Below the pieces are notes generated by a model. That model searched no databases. It was not told the origin of the DNA and worked only from the letters and a program-made list of their open reading frames with translations. A stretch of 61,341 nt of DNA, filler included, from Pirum gemmata (lineage: Eukaryota), in NCBI GenBank assembly GCA_002812295.1. It is 14 parts of 14 records of this genome, joined end to end, with 100 filler letters (N's around TTAATTAATTAA, not from the genome) between each part and the next. Parts side by side here need not be neighbours in the genome. Positions count along the whole stretch, not along the records: positions 1 to 3,887 come from PDIN01001808.1; positions 3,988 to 9,023 come from PDIN01001809.1; positions 9,124 to 12,981 come from PDIN01001810.1; positions 13,082 to 16,966 come from PDIN01001811.1; 10 more parts are not named here. One strand, given 5' to 3'. Below, one piece after another: positions 1 to 13,870 of this stretch. Each line of letters starts with the position of its first letter. The stretch's first letter is position 1. A program made the translations under genes and the position numbers.

Positions 1-360
1 CCCCACCCACCACAAAGAAAATTCGCACAACACCCACCCACCCACCCAACACAACACAACACAACACAAACACAAACACAACCGCAACCACAACCACAAC
101 CACAAACACAAACACAAACACAAACACAAACACACACACACACAAACACAAACACATACACACACACATACACACACACACCTACACACACACACAAACA
201 CACACAAACACACACACACCTACACATCTACACACCTACACACCTACACTCACACTCACACTCACACAAAACACACAACACACAGCACACAACACATACA
301 CAATACATATACACACAACACACATACAATATATATACAATCCACACAAACAATACACAC
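1..360. repeat. (CA)n/(CACAAA)n microsatellite, probably intronic to the gene whose first exon is at 413-585
   Basis: Continuous CA-rich simple repeats downstream (on the - strand) of a GTAAGT donor at 412. Confidence 0.85.
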
Positions 361-412
361 AAGAACACAGAACAAAAGTAACATGGAAACTTTTTAATCA
401 AGCTGTACTTAC

Positions 413-585
413 ACAGAAGTGCATCTCGTGGATAAATGAGGTTCATTAAGACCTACAATCTTTTTAATCGGTGGGGACTTGCTTGAATCATATTTTATAG
501 AAAAATCACTTTCAGTGCATTCTAAAATGTCGATCCCATATGCATTCGCTGCGTACAAAGAAAGAATTACGAATGGTATTTTCAT
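413..585 (-). CDS. First exon of a probable secreted protein (not in the ORF track)
   Basis: Manual translation from AAAAATG at 585 gives MKIPFVILSLYAANAYGIDILECTESDFSIKYDSSKSPPIKKIVGLNEPHLSTRCTS. The N-terminus is signal-peptide-like and the exon ends at a canonical GTAAGT donor (412-407). Confidence 0.65.
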
Positions 586-2811
586 TTTTAACTAATATTA
601 AAACTATATATTTTAAAGTATGGGTACCACTAAATTTTATAGATTGTTTATTTCTATTCTTATATTACTCTTACTACCCTTAGTATATTATTAATCCTTA
701 TTGTTCTTATTAATTATTATTATTATTATTAATTTTTATTATTCTTATTATTTCAGCTGTAGAAAGGATTGAAAATGCTGATTTACACGCTTTTAAAAGG
801 AATACTAGTTAACTAACAAGCTTCTGTAAAATAAAATAAAAAGAAAAACAACATATAATTATAACAAAACAAACGAACAACAACAACAAAAAAGAAAAAT
901 AACCAAAAAAAAAAAAAGTTTTTAGTTTTTAGTTTTTCGTTTTAATTTTTTTTTTTGGATTTTTTTTTGTTTTTATTTTGCATTTATAAAATCATTTATC
1001 TACAAGAAGAAAGAAAAAGACAAAAAAAAAACTCAACTTCAGGTTGTCATACTGTACGTAAATAAAATAGTTTTAATTTTAATTTTTATTTATTTATTTG
1101 ATGTATCATAATATTATTTTCTTTTATTTTTTCATGTTTTGCTCGTAGCTCGAAGTTTGTTTTTGTCTCGCTCTACATTTTGTTAATAATTTTTTATTAT
1201 TGAAAGAAAAGTTTCTCAATCAGTTTGATTTCTTTAGAAAAAGTTTTGTTTTTTCTGTGTTTTTGGCGTACTTTGTGTGTTTTTTTAAAAAAAATAAATA
1301 AACAACGAATAAACAACAAAACAAACAGCACAGCTACAGCAAATCAAACGCAAAGCAAACAACAAAACAAAAAACAACCCTGTCAACACTCCGACTCAAA
1401 ACAATAAAACTCACTGATTGGTCATTAACATTTTACACAATTTTATTTTTGGTAAAACAGAACCAAAAAACTCTATAGTTGTTTACTTTGTTGTTTGTTT
1501 GTAAAAATATTCATTTATAAATACTTCTTGATGACGTTACCATTAGCTGCTTTGACTAAAAATGCGAAGGCTTGGGTTTACGAGCTGGAGATCGAAATTC
1601 TTTGAACTTTTGTAGAAACTTGAAGGATTTTTCGAATTTTCTTTTTTTGAGCGAGCCTTCTGAAGCATTTTGAAAGTTGACCAAAAATCACCAACAAATT
1701 TCTGATACATAGACCAGACACGTTGCCCTCGATTTTCGATTTGAAAAAAATCGAAAAACTCAATTTTGAACAGCTCGAAAAGCTTGAAATCAGTATTTAG
1801 CTCTATTTACATATGTTCGAATATTTTCTATTATTTTCGATCACTCAACCCAACTGAAATATACATGTTCGAATATATTTTATATATATAATTGTTCGAA
1901 CCTATATAATTAATAGCAAATATTTTCAAACCGAGTCAGAATCGGTTTGAACGTTATGACATCATTATTAACGTATAGGTGTCTCTAAGATACTATTCAT
2001 TATAATTATGCATATTATAATAGAATAGTCTGATAGAATAGTAGTAATAATAATAATAATTAGAAATAGTAATAGGAGTAAACAACGTTAACGGTAGCAA
2101 TACCAGCACATAATTGTTTGTTGCTTGCTTTATATTGCATGTTGTTTATTATTTATTATTAGCTGTTTGTTGTTTGTTGTTTGTTGTTTGTTGTTTGTTG
2201 TTTGTTGTTTGTTATTAACGTTGTTTGTTGTTTGTTGTTTGTTGTTTGTTGTTTGTTGTTTGAGCTAGATATCATACCACACTAGCTAGTAGAGAAAGAT
2301 GGAAAAATCTCTGAATATGGAATTGAATCTAGAAGGGTAGTTTTGTCAATAATTGCTTACAGCATTAAATTTTGGTATACAACATTTATTGATAAAAGTA
2401 AAACCAAGCAACAAAACATTACGAACAATATGTGTCATTTAGTTGAATAGCAAACTGAAGGTGTACAGTACAAGATATAGTTTTTTTTGTTGTAGCTTGT
2501 AGTTGTTATCGTAGGACATTATAACAAGCAATGACGGCGTAGTACGATAAAAATGAACGTCCTTGCTACCCACCAACAACAGAATCAAAAAGCAATACAG
2601 ATTAGCAAACCAGACAACAAAAAACAGTTAACAAACAAAATATACAAAGAACAGAATTGCATTTTTTTTTTGTGTGTGGTGGAGGGGGACTGTGATGGTG
2701 CAACACAAAATAAATAAAAAAATAAAATAGTAGTCATACAATATAATATACACACATAATTATTATTATAATATATTATACAATACAATGTAATGTTACA
2801 TTATAATTATG

Positions 2812-2986
2812 TATCGTGCCTTATTTATTTTGTCACTCCGAATATTTATTTGGGGGGTTATAATATTTAAATTGACATTTTTAAATCAATACATAGATAA
2901 TAAAATATACCAAATTAAATTAAATGGATTTATATTGTATTAATTTGGAACTATTTATGATGACAAAACAACTGAAAAGCACTATA
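2812..2986 (+). mobile_element. MITE family A (~175-190 bp, TA-flanked, Tc1/mariner-like non-autonomous element)
   Basis: Family consensus TIR TCGTGCTTTTCA(T/G)TT(A/G)TTTTGTCA ... TGACAAAACAACTGAAAAGCAC(G/T)A, flanked by TA. The core ATACCAAATTAAATTAAATGGATTTATATTGTATTAATTTGG is shared with ~11 other copies in the window. Confidence 0.8.
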
Positions 2987-3300
2987 ATATATATACTATA
3001 TATCATATATATAAAGCAATCTCATAGGTATGATATGTATGATAGGACATGTATATATTGTATAAGAACTCGTGTGGTGCAAACAATTAAAAAACGTCCG
3101 ACCAGAATTTTCAGTGTTTGCATATAAGTAGTGTAATAGGTATTTAATAGGTTTGAAATTTTGAAACATAAAAAAAAAAATAGTTGGAACTTTAATTATT
3201 AGTAAAAAAAGTAGGACGTTTTTAGAAGTTCCTTATTTTGAGGCTATTTTGAGTGACTAATGATAGGAGCTGGTCCCACTTATTATTGTCCAATGAGTTT

Positions 3301-3341
<41 letters not shown>

Positions 3342-3887
3342 GAGGCACCACTCTGCTCTGAGCTCTTTGCTCCACTCACTCACTTAGGCCACTCACTTCC
3401 CTCAGTCTTCCCTTCGTCTGAGAATGTCAAAATTTTCATGAATTTTTCAACGAGTCAAACGACGTATTCAAAGTTTTCAAAGGATATATTTAGAAAAGCA
3501 ATTTAGGGGAAGTCAATTGAGGGAACCAATAATTTACCTTATCTGTTTTTTAACCCAAAAACGGTGTCAAAAAATTCAAACTTTTTTAAAAAAGTTTGAT
3601 AACATGTAACTATAGTGTAACAGTTGTAGGTTTGTGTCAATACAACTATTGAAAATGTAACTAAGGTATAAAATTATAATAAATATAAAAATAATGTAGG
3701 ATGAACCTACTACTGTAACTATATACATTATTATACATAATTATAATATTAATACAATTATTCATTATACAGTTATAAAAATAAATTTTATGATAATTAT
3801 TATTATGTGTAATTGTTTCTGTCGGCGTTGTCTATGTCTACAGCCTTATATTATTATTATCAAATATTATCATTATTATTATTATTA

Positions 3888-3987
3888 NNNNNNNNNNNNN
3901 NNNNNNNNNNNNNNNNNNNNNNNNNNNNNNNTTAATTAATTAANNNNNNNNNNNNNNNNNNNNNNNNNNNNNNNNNNNNNNNNNNNN
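3888..3987. other. Artificial scaffold linker (44N + TTAATTAATTAA + 44N). Identical linkers start at 9024, 12982, 16967, 20931, 24832, 28781, 33848, 37831, 41791, 45755, 52028 and 55969.
   Basis: Exactly 100 bp, with a six-frame stop cassette in the centre, repeated 13 times. Confidence 0.98.
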
Positions 3988-4343
3988 TTTTTGTATTGAT
4001 TCCTTTGTTTGCTTGTCTGTTTTGTTGATTATTGTATAATTTAACAAGAAATAAGAGAAAAAAAGAAAAAAAAGAAAAAAGGAAAAAAAGCAAAAAGAGA
4101 GAGAGAGGAGAAATAAGAGAAAGCCTTTATTAAAAATTAGAAAGTAAGACACCAAAAAATAATAAAAATTAATTGTAAAAAAATAAAAACGAAACAGAAA
4201 AAAAAGTTGATCGCAATTTATTATTTCATTTAATTTTCTGGTTTTTTAAATATATATATTGAGTGAGAGGGGTTCTTGACAATTAAGGAGCCTTAACAAT
4301 AGCATTGCTATGAAAAATATTATATTTTAACAAACAACGAAAA

Positions 4344-4815
4344 CAATAACAATAACAATAACAATAACAACAACAATAACAATAACAATCACAATCACAA
4401 TCACAATAACAACAATAATAACAATAACAAACAATAACAATAACAATACCAATAAACAATATCAATACCGATACCAATACACCATTTTATGGTTATTGTT
4501 ATTGTTATTGTTATTGTTATTGTTATTGTTATTGTTATTGTTATTGTTATTGTTATTGTTATTGTTATTGTTATTGTTATTGTTATTGTTATTGTTATNC
4601 TATTGTTATTGTTATTGTTATTGTTATTGTTATTGTTATTGTTATTTATTGTTATTGTTATTGTTATTGTTATTGTTATTGTTTTTGTTATTGTTATTAT
4701 TATAGTTATATTGTTATTGTTATTGTTATTATTGTTATTATTATTATTCTTATGTTATTGTTATTGTTATTGTTATTGTTATTGTTATTGTTATTGTTAT
4801 TGTTATTGTTATTGT
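4344..4815. repeat. (CAATAA)n then (TTGTTA)n hexamer microsatellites in inverted arrangement
   Basis: Read directly; the overlapping poly-VI, poly-L and poly-CY ORFs are artefacts of the repeat. Confidence 0.9.
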
Positions 4816-5029
4816 TACCTTGGACCCTCCAATTAGGACATACTCCACCCCACAGCAGTTAGGCTTTTTCGTTTTGTCGCTTTTAACCTAATTGTTAACC
4901 AGTTAAAATAGGTTCTATACTGTTCTATTACTTTTGTTACTGCTATTGTTATTGTTATTTATTGTTGCTGTTACTATCATTATGAGCGGATTGTTATGTA
5001 TTATAATTGGTTCTTTACAACTTCTACTT

Positions 5030-5101
<72 letters not shown>

Positions 5102-5122
5102 NNNNNNNNNNNNNNNNNGTTA

Positions 5123-5444
5123 GGGAGCGTTCAATAATTACGTAACGCCGATTTGGAACAAAAACCTACCCTACTACCCCCCGTGTAACGGCCTGTCACG
5201 TTTGAGAAGGACTACCTACCCCTTATGACGTTGGAAAAAATAGTACCCTAAATTACCCCTTATGTTATATATATATAGCAAAAAAGTGGTTTTTTGCTAT
5301 ATATATATCTGGTTATATATAGGGCTATTTTTTTGCGTTATGTCATATTACGAAAACCTACCCCCCCTACTGCGTCACGGCCTGTCACAAAAATCCGACC
5401 CCCCCTACCTACCCCCTAGCGTTACATAATTATGGAACGCTCCC
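5123..5444. mobile_element. PIF/Harbinger (Tourist-like) MITE, 322 bp
   Basis: 26-bp TIR GGGAGCGTTCAATAATTACGTAACGC / GCGTTACATAATTATGGAACGCTCCC (2 mismatches), TTA on both sides (5120-5122 and 5445-5447), internal CCTACCTACCCC motifs. Confidence 0.85.
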
Positions 5445-5485
5445 TTAAGGTTATGGTTAAAATTAGGAACTGTTAGGGATTGTTA

Positions 5486-5685
5486 GTTAGGGTTTTTAGA
5501 TTAGGGTTAGGGTTTAGGTAAGGGTTAGGGTTAGGGTTAGGGTTAGGGTTGGGCTGTAATGATTAGGGTTAGCTATAGGGTTAGGGTTAGGGTTAGGGTT
5601 GGGCTGTAAGGATTAGGGTTAGGGTTAGGGTTAGGGAGGCCTGTTAGGGTTAGGGTTAGGGTTAGGAACTGCTAGGGTTAGGATT
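5486..5685 (+). repeat. Interstitial telomere-like (TTAGGG)n array with variant units
   Basis: Runs of GGGTTA interrupted by GGGCTGTAA, GCTATAGG and GAACTGCTAG; ordinary sequence continues on both sides. Confidence 0.9.
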
Positions 5686-6629
5686 AGTATCAATTAGTAT
5701 TCGGGGTTTTATCAGAAATGTATTATTAATATATTGAAAATTAATATTACTTTCACCTGTTGCTTTCGTCGGATTTTGTTCTTTTTACCAATTTAGAAAA
5801 AAATTAATGTAGTTTTTCCCGAATTGTTGTTTTTGTTGTTGTTGTTGTTGCTGTTGTTATTATTATTATTAATATTATTGTTATCATTATTATTATTATT
5901 GTTGTTATTGTACACATGTTGTTGTTCTTGTTGTTGTTCATGTTGTTGTTGACAGACAAACGGTAAATAAATTTATAAATTATGTATTAATGTTAATACC
6001 CCACATCTCTGGCTCAGCGCTTATTACTACACCAATAATAATTTAATAGACAGTTTTAGACTGTATTTATAATATACATACACATGTTAATTAAAATTAA
6101 TATTGGTATATTTACTGCTATATATTATGGAACCAAATGTGGGTCTTTCGGCCCTTGACATATATATTATACAAAAGTGCCAGTATTCGCACAATTTTAC
6201 GGTTTTGTCGCATAAAGTGTCTATATATATAAACATCATTATGATAGTCAAATGATATGATATTATATTAATTAATAACACTGAACACAAAAAACTACAC
6301 AAAAGTGCCAGTAATAATTTTTTTTTGAAACAGTGTTCTTTATTGAGAAAGGTTCCCCGCTTTAGTAATATTAAAAAAAAAAATCTGAAAGGTATCGAGT
6401 TGACAACTTGACATTGATCAGATCTGAATCGAAGGTTCACACAATCCAACCTACCAATGATAGATTGACAGTCAATAACTTTGTTTCTTAGTTCTTACGA
6501 ACGTACGGTATGATATGCACAGATAACGTCAAATACCGGTAGCTTAGGTTAAATAATGTTAAATAGCTGTTTATATACAATATATCTATTAGAAATTAGA
6601 ATTAGAATTAGAATTAGAAGATATCTAGA

Positions 6630-6862
6630 TAGTAGGGGTGAGATGACGTCATTTTATTATTACCGAACTGCTGCTGGAACTTTTCCGATTTTATGGTTTT
6701 ATTACTATTAATGTTAATATTATTACTTTAATTGGTATATACTAAATTAGATTTACTATTTTAAGCTATATAAATGCTATTATTAGTGAAGAACACGGAA
6801 CTAAGGTTGGCTCGATAAGCATCTGTTCGAAAAAAGTTCCAGTAGATATCTCACCCCTACTA
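6630..6862 (+). mobile_element. MITE family D
   Basis: TIR TAGTAGGGGTGAGAT...ATCTCACCCCTACTA; the subterminal GAGATGACGTCAT is shared with 7221-7467 and, in variant form, with 24755-24831. Confidence 0.7.
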
Positions 6863-6933
6863 CTAATATGCATATATGGTAGGCTGGTCTACCACTAATG
6901 TTTTTTTTAAAAAATATTTTTTTACTTTTCTTT

Positions 6934-7161
6934 TATCAAGCCGGATAAAAATGGCGACATCCACCTTATTATTGAGCTCAAAAATCCAAAACATCTCAAA
7001 ATGATCCAATTTTATTAAACGTACTACCAAATATGAAGAGTTTTTCTGACTAAGAAAGCTCTATTATGAACCAATAGCTAGTTTTTAAAAATAATTTGGC
7101 TAGTCAGTTTTAAAGTTTTTTAAAAAAGAAGTCTAAAAAAAAATTTATTTATCCGGCTTGG
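6934..7161 (+). mobile_element. MITE family B (~220 bp)
   Basis: TIR CAAGCCGGATAAA...TTTATCCGGCTTG; the core CTCTATTATGAACCAATAGCTAGTTTTTAAAAATAATTTGG recurs at 15944, 20563, 43828 and 44964, and the TIR at 57628. Confidence 0.8.
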
Positions 7162-7220
7162 CTGTTTTTTTTTAAAAAAAAAAATAATAATAGACCTAAT
7201 AATAATAATAATAATAATAA

Positions 7221-7467
7221 CAGGAGGGATGAGATGACGTCATTTTACTAATTGAAGGCTCTGGTACCAAAAGTTCGCCAAAATGAAATTTTGTGATTAA
7301 AATTACTTTAAATAGTATAATAGCTACTATTAATAGAAGCTACTAAAAATAGTAGCTACAATTTATAGCTATATAAATACTATTTATGGTAACTGCGAAG
7401 TGGCGAATAGCCTTCCACTTCACCCCTCGCCCTTAAATGTTCGCAAAGGGGGTGCTCACCCCTCCTA
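7221..7467 (+). mobile_element. MITE family D copy
   Basis: Ends AGGAGGGATGAGATGACGTCAT...CTCACCCCTCCTA. Confidence 0.65.
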
Positions 7468-7660
7468 TAATAACAATCTAATGCATATCGTATCAAATAA
7501 TAAAAAAATTAATAATAAAAATAATAGTCTAAAAGTGTCTAAATCTACCTTAGAATAAATAATATTCATAAAAAATTTAATAGATAATAATATATGTAAT
7601 CTGTAACTGATACTAACTCACATAAGTTGACATAACTCACTGATTTTTATTTTAAAGCCA

Positions 7661-7757
7661 CCCCTAATTATAACACTAACCTTAACCTTAACCCTAACCC
7701 TAATCCTTACCCTTACCACTCCTTACCCTTGCCCTGGTAGTCCTTAACCCTAACCGT
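7661..7757 (-). repeat. Degenerate (CCCTAA)n interstitial array
   Basis: CCCCTAATTATAACACTAACCTTAACCTTAACCCTAACCCTAA... Confidence 0.75.
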
Positions 7758-9214
7758 AATACAGTTAAATAATAGTACAACTCAACTCAATTCAACTCAA
7801 CAAAGCTCAACACAACACACACACACAAACACACAACACACATACAACGTTACACAACTCAATACAATTATCATAATAAATACAACACAACACAATAATC
7901 ATGGCTATATAAGTCGTATGAATATAATGAATCTTTAAAATCACTTCAAATTGAAGATTGGTATCTACACTAACTACTAGTACACTACTAGTACTCTGTC
8001 TAACTACTAGGTCTTTAATTCCAACTTCCAAGCACTTCAAGAAAAAAACTTCTTGAAGTCCATAAAAAATTTGACGTGATCTGTGGATTCTGTGCGGGCC
8101 TGTGGCTCATTAATTACTTATTTTTATACATTAATTACTTATTACCAATTGGACTAATGAAAAGTTTTTTTAAAAACAATTGTGAATTGTATGAAGAAGA
8201 TGAAAAAGGAAATTTGAAAAAAGTAGATACAGACAGGCCTATACAGACCCGTGTATATCATTATATGTATATTAAAAACTTGTTTTACTCGTTGAAAGAA
8301 TTTGATACTACTACTTTGGTAGAAGCTGAGAGCCTGAGTAGAGTCTGAGTAGTACTACCTGAGTCTAGCAGCTGTCTAGCTAGAGCTAGTAGTTCGTTTT
8401 ATCTGATCGAATTCCGATAGGTTTATATAATTTATCAGCATAATAATCAGCTGTATAATATAAATTATTATTATATAATATCATGTATCATGTATGATAT
8501 TAAATTTAATAATGTTATGATATCAATACATATATGGAAATCAGATATATATGAGATCGGAATCAGTAGGATGTCAAAGTATGCTCAGTCAAAGTATGTC
8601 AATCTGTCTACTAATACAGATGACCAATATTAAAATATTATTTTATTGAATTTTACATTATCGTTTTATTGTTATTATTGTTTTTGTTATTACGTATACA
8701 TATTTAAAATATTATTTTAATTAATTATTTTAAAACAATTGATTTTATTATATTTAGCTACAGTAAATTTTCAATATTAAAAAATAACTATTATAATATA
8801 AAATAAACTATAATATTACAATAACAATAGTTAATTAAAAGAGCAGTATTAATATTTTAAGTAATAGTAATAGCAATATTTTAATATTTAATTATGATAA
8901 TTATTAATAATAACCATAATTATTTTAATTTTAAAACAACTATAATACTCTATAATATTATTATATATATTAAAATATATAGAATCTGATAATAAATAAT
9001 AAAGTGCATTATTATTATTATTANNNNNNNNNNNNNNNNNNNNNNNNNNNNNNNNNNNNNNNNNNNNTTAATTAATTAANNNNNNNNNNNNNNNNNNNNN
9101 NNNNNNNNNNNNNNNNNNNNNNNATTATTACTATTTTTATTATTATTATTATTATTATCGGTCTAAGAAAGTAACAAACAAAAATAACCAACAACCAACA
9201 GTAAGAAAAAACCA

Positions 9215-9314
9215 ATTGACAAGTCACTTAAATGCCGAAATACATTCTTTAATCTACAATTTATATTGACAAGTCACTTAAATGCCGAAATACATTCTTT
9301 AATCTACAATTTAT
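9215..9314. repeat. Exact 50-bp tandem duplication upstream of KRR1
   Basis: ATTGACAAGTCACTTAAATGCCGAAATACATTCTTTAATCTACAATTTAT x2. Confidence 0.9.
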
Positions 9315-9438
9315 ATTCAATATTTCAAGTTTAACCCACCCCCGGTTTTATATTTGTTTCTATGGGTTGAAATGTGTGTTTGTGTTTGTGTGTTTGAGTG
9401 TTTTGGTTTTGGTTTTTTCGTTTTTTTTTTTGAATTTT

Positions 9439-9486
<48 letters not shown>

Positions 9487-9547
9487 TTTTTTAATTTTTT
9501 TTTTTTTTTAATTTTTTTCTTTCTGTATTATATTTTCCAATAATTAA

Positions 9548-10756
<1,209 letters not shown>

Positions 10757-10859
10757 TCTACTTTTCTTCTTCTTTTTTATTTTATTGCTTTTTGTATTTT
10801 TTTGTTGTTGCTCATGGTTCTTCCTGTGTGGGTTTGCCCTTCTCTGTGTTTTTTATGTG

Positions 10860-11006
10860 TACGGGTACGGGTGCGCGATATGTGTGCGTGTGCGTATATA
10901 TATATTTATATGCGTGTGTGTGTGTGTACGTGCGTGCGTTTGCGTGCGTGCGTGTGTGTGTATGTGTGTTTGTGCGTATGCTTGTGCTTGTGCTTGTTAC
11001 AAACAA

Positions 11007-11065
<59 letters not shown>

Positions 11066-11150
11066 TTTGTGTGTGTGTGTGTATGTGTGCTTGTGCTTGT
11101 GCTTGTGCTTGTGCTTGTGCTTGTGCTTGTGCTTGTGCTTGTGCTTGTGC
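10860..11150. repeat. (TG)n/(TGCG)n/(GTGCTT)n microsatellites 3' of KRR1
   Basis: Read directly; these explain the spurious CV/AC/LC ORFs. Confidence 0.9.
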
Positions 11151-11672
11151 TCGTTACACACAAAAACCCCCATTTACTTACCTTCAAATAAGCCAGATAG
11201 AATTTGAAATGCAAATGTTTGTGAGACTACCAGGACGTTTATTGTTTGGCTAATGTATGATTCAAATGTTTTAATTTTAAAACTTTTTATTATGTGAGCG
11301 TCATTTTTTTGTCTGATAAAAAGACAAAACAAAAAAACAAAACAAAAAAACAAACAAAATTGTTTTGTGTTTTTTGTATGTCGTTTTGTATTTGTTCCAT
11401 ACTTCTACTACCACCTACGATTACACTTCTACTACCACCTATGATTACCGTCTCCCACACACTACCATCCACAACCATCTCTCCCTATGCGTTTATATAA
11501 TCAAAATTAACGCTTAATTAAATGTTCCATTTTATTAAAAAATACACTCAATTGAATTAGTTTAATTAAAGTAATATGTTTAAAATTTTGTTTTGATTTT
11601 TTGATTCGGATTGCAAAATTGTATTCGTAAAATCCAATTTTGTCTTTTGATACTTACAAGAAATTTTATATT

Positions 11673-11727
<55 letters not shown>

Positions 11728-11896
11728 TTTTTTTTTTAGATGATGAAAAAACAAAATAATAATAATAAAAAAACATTTAGCATAAGGACTCAAGTGTAGT
11801 ACTGGTACGGATGACGTCACACTAAATGGAACCACAGTAGAGGTAGGGATCGAGACAAGTAGAGCCAAATAAAGATTTATCAGTGGCCTACAATTT

Positions 11897-12121
11897 AGGC
11901 TTCTGTCCCATACATTCTTATTAATTATTTTCGTTTTTTTTTTAGTTTGCCGGTATTCTACCCATGACAGTTATTGGTTTTGAAAGTTCGAATTTATGTA
12001 CTTGTTAATAAGTTTGAAGTTTTTTTTCGTACGGAGGAGGTTAAAAAATACTTTTACCTTTTTTTCATTAAAAGAAAAAATTCTACCCTATTAAAAAGGT
12101 CGGGCAGGATGTGAAGAGGTT
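11897..12121 (+). mobile_element. MITE family G, diverged copy
   Basis: Shares TTTGAAAGTTCGAATTTATG and AAAAAATTCTACCCTATT...TGAAGAGG with 12287-12484. Confidence 0.6.
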
Positions 12122-12286
12122 GGACGCCTATTTCCAATAAATAAAAAAATTAAATCTTTATTTACAAAGTAATAGGTTAACTATTGTAGCGGGAATAAAA
12201 ACCAATAAAAAGAACGAACTAAACTTATATTAGTTAGACGTCATCCATACTAACCCAACATTCCAGGTAACCTTGTACAAAGGTTA

Positions 12287-12484
12287 GGCCTCTTCACATT
12301 CTGCCCTATAATTATTTCTGTTTTTTTTAGTTTCCCCGTACTCTACTCGTGACACTGTTATCATATTCGGTTTGAAAGTTCGAATTTATGTTTAGTTTTT
12401 TTTTAAAAAGTTCTTCTACCATTTTTTTCATTAAAAAGAAAAAATTCTACCCTATTGAAAAAGTCGGTAGAATATGAAGAGGCC
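12287..12484 (+). mobile_element. MITE family G (~200 bp)
   Basis: TIR GGCCTCTTCACATTCTGCC...GGTAGAATATGAAGAGGCC. Confidence 0.7.
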
Positions 12485-12917
12485 GAAGCCCCCGCCGCCT
12501 AATTGCATTGGGATCGCGCTGTTTGATTCGATTATGTTTTCCCACATCTATCCCGTATACTCATTACTTCTATGTATAGTTATATTCATTTTTTAAAAAA
12601 ACGAAATTTCAACTTTCCTTACCCTCTCACACATCCTGGAAAAAAGAAAAAAATACTATTATGCCATTGAAGTTTCGTTGAGGACGTTGTACATTTTGTA
12701 ATGATTTATAGATTTTTGCGAATATTCAATTTTGCGCTATTGTTATGTTGAAGGCTACCAGTCTCCACTAAAAATGTTTTTCTTGTCACCATCATCTTCG
12801 CCATAAGAGCTGCGAGCTGAGCTATATCTATCAATTATTCGCATATTGCGCTCGTCATTATCACTACTATCCGCTGATTCTGATTCTGATTCTAGTAACC
12901 CAATGTCCTAGTTTTAC

Positions 12918-12981
12918 GGTTAGGATTAGCTTTAGGATTAGCTTTAGGGTCAGGGTTAGCGTTAGCGTTAGCGTTAGCGTT
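12918..12981 (+). repeat. Telomere-like array drifting from TTAGGA/TTAGGG to (TTAGCG)n at the contig end
   Basis: GGTTAGGATTAGCTTTAGG...GGTTAGCGTTAGCGTTAGCG. Confidence 0.7.
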
Positions 12982-13839
12982 NNNNNNNNNNNNNNNNNNN
13001 NNNNNNNNNNNNNNNNNNNNNNNNNTTAATTAATTAANNNNNNNNNNNNNNNNNNNNNNNNNNNNNNNNNNNNNNNNNNNNAATAATAATATTAATAATA
13101 ATAATAATATCACGACAATAAAAATTTTAAAATAATAAACAACAATTATTTGCAATAATTTCTTTTTTAGGTATTTAGTAGTTACAGATGTTTAAGGTGT
13201 AGCTGGTGTTTAGTAGTTAATGGTATTTATTTTTAGTTTATTTATTTATTATTATTATTTTTTTAATTTTTTTTTTTTAAAAAAGAGGAGTGTTATCATA
13301 GCGAGAACTGCTTATCTAGATTTTTTTACTAATTATTTCCCATAAAAGGCAATTTTTTTATTATTCCAAATTGTTTTTTTAGCTCGATATAGTTTTTTTC
13401 ATTTTCGAATGCAAATCAACATAAATTACTTTTACTATACTGCTATTTCTATACCACGGTATTGCTATTACTACGATACTATTAGTATACTATTACCATT
13501 TTCTATTACTTTTTTTGAAAAAAAAAAAACTATTACTTATACTTTGGCTGGGATTAGACTAGTACTACTTCTGCTATTAGTATATTATGTTATTGTTATT
13601 ATTATCACTAATGTTAAAATGTTACACTTTATTTTCTTGATATTAATTATTATTAATAATATTGTTAATTAATTAAAAGCAAAATTTAATGACAACAATA
13701 ATGGCATAACGTTAACTGTATAATATATATTACAGTAGTAATACATATAATTATTAGTAATACATGTACAGTTATAGCCTATAGCTATTAACTCCTGTCA
13801 TACTGTAATTTTCTACAGAATCGATCATCATTTATTATT

Positions 13840-13870
<31 letters not shown>

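Noticed and set aside
3932..3943. TTAATTAATTAA motif recurring at regular ~4-kb spacing
   Set aside because: Always centred in 44N+44N; it is an artificial six-frame-stop linker, not a biological repeat
4283..5137. ORFs of poly-L, poly-VI and poly-CY (also 10746-11253, 29060-29661, 32524-32803, 48452-48975, 50599-50924)
   Set aside because: Translations of microsatellites with no complex coding sequence
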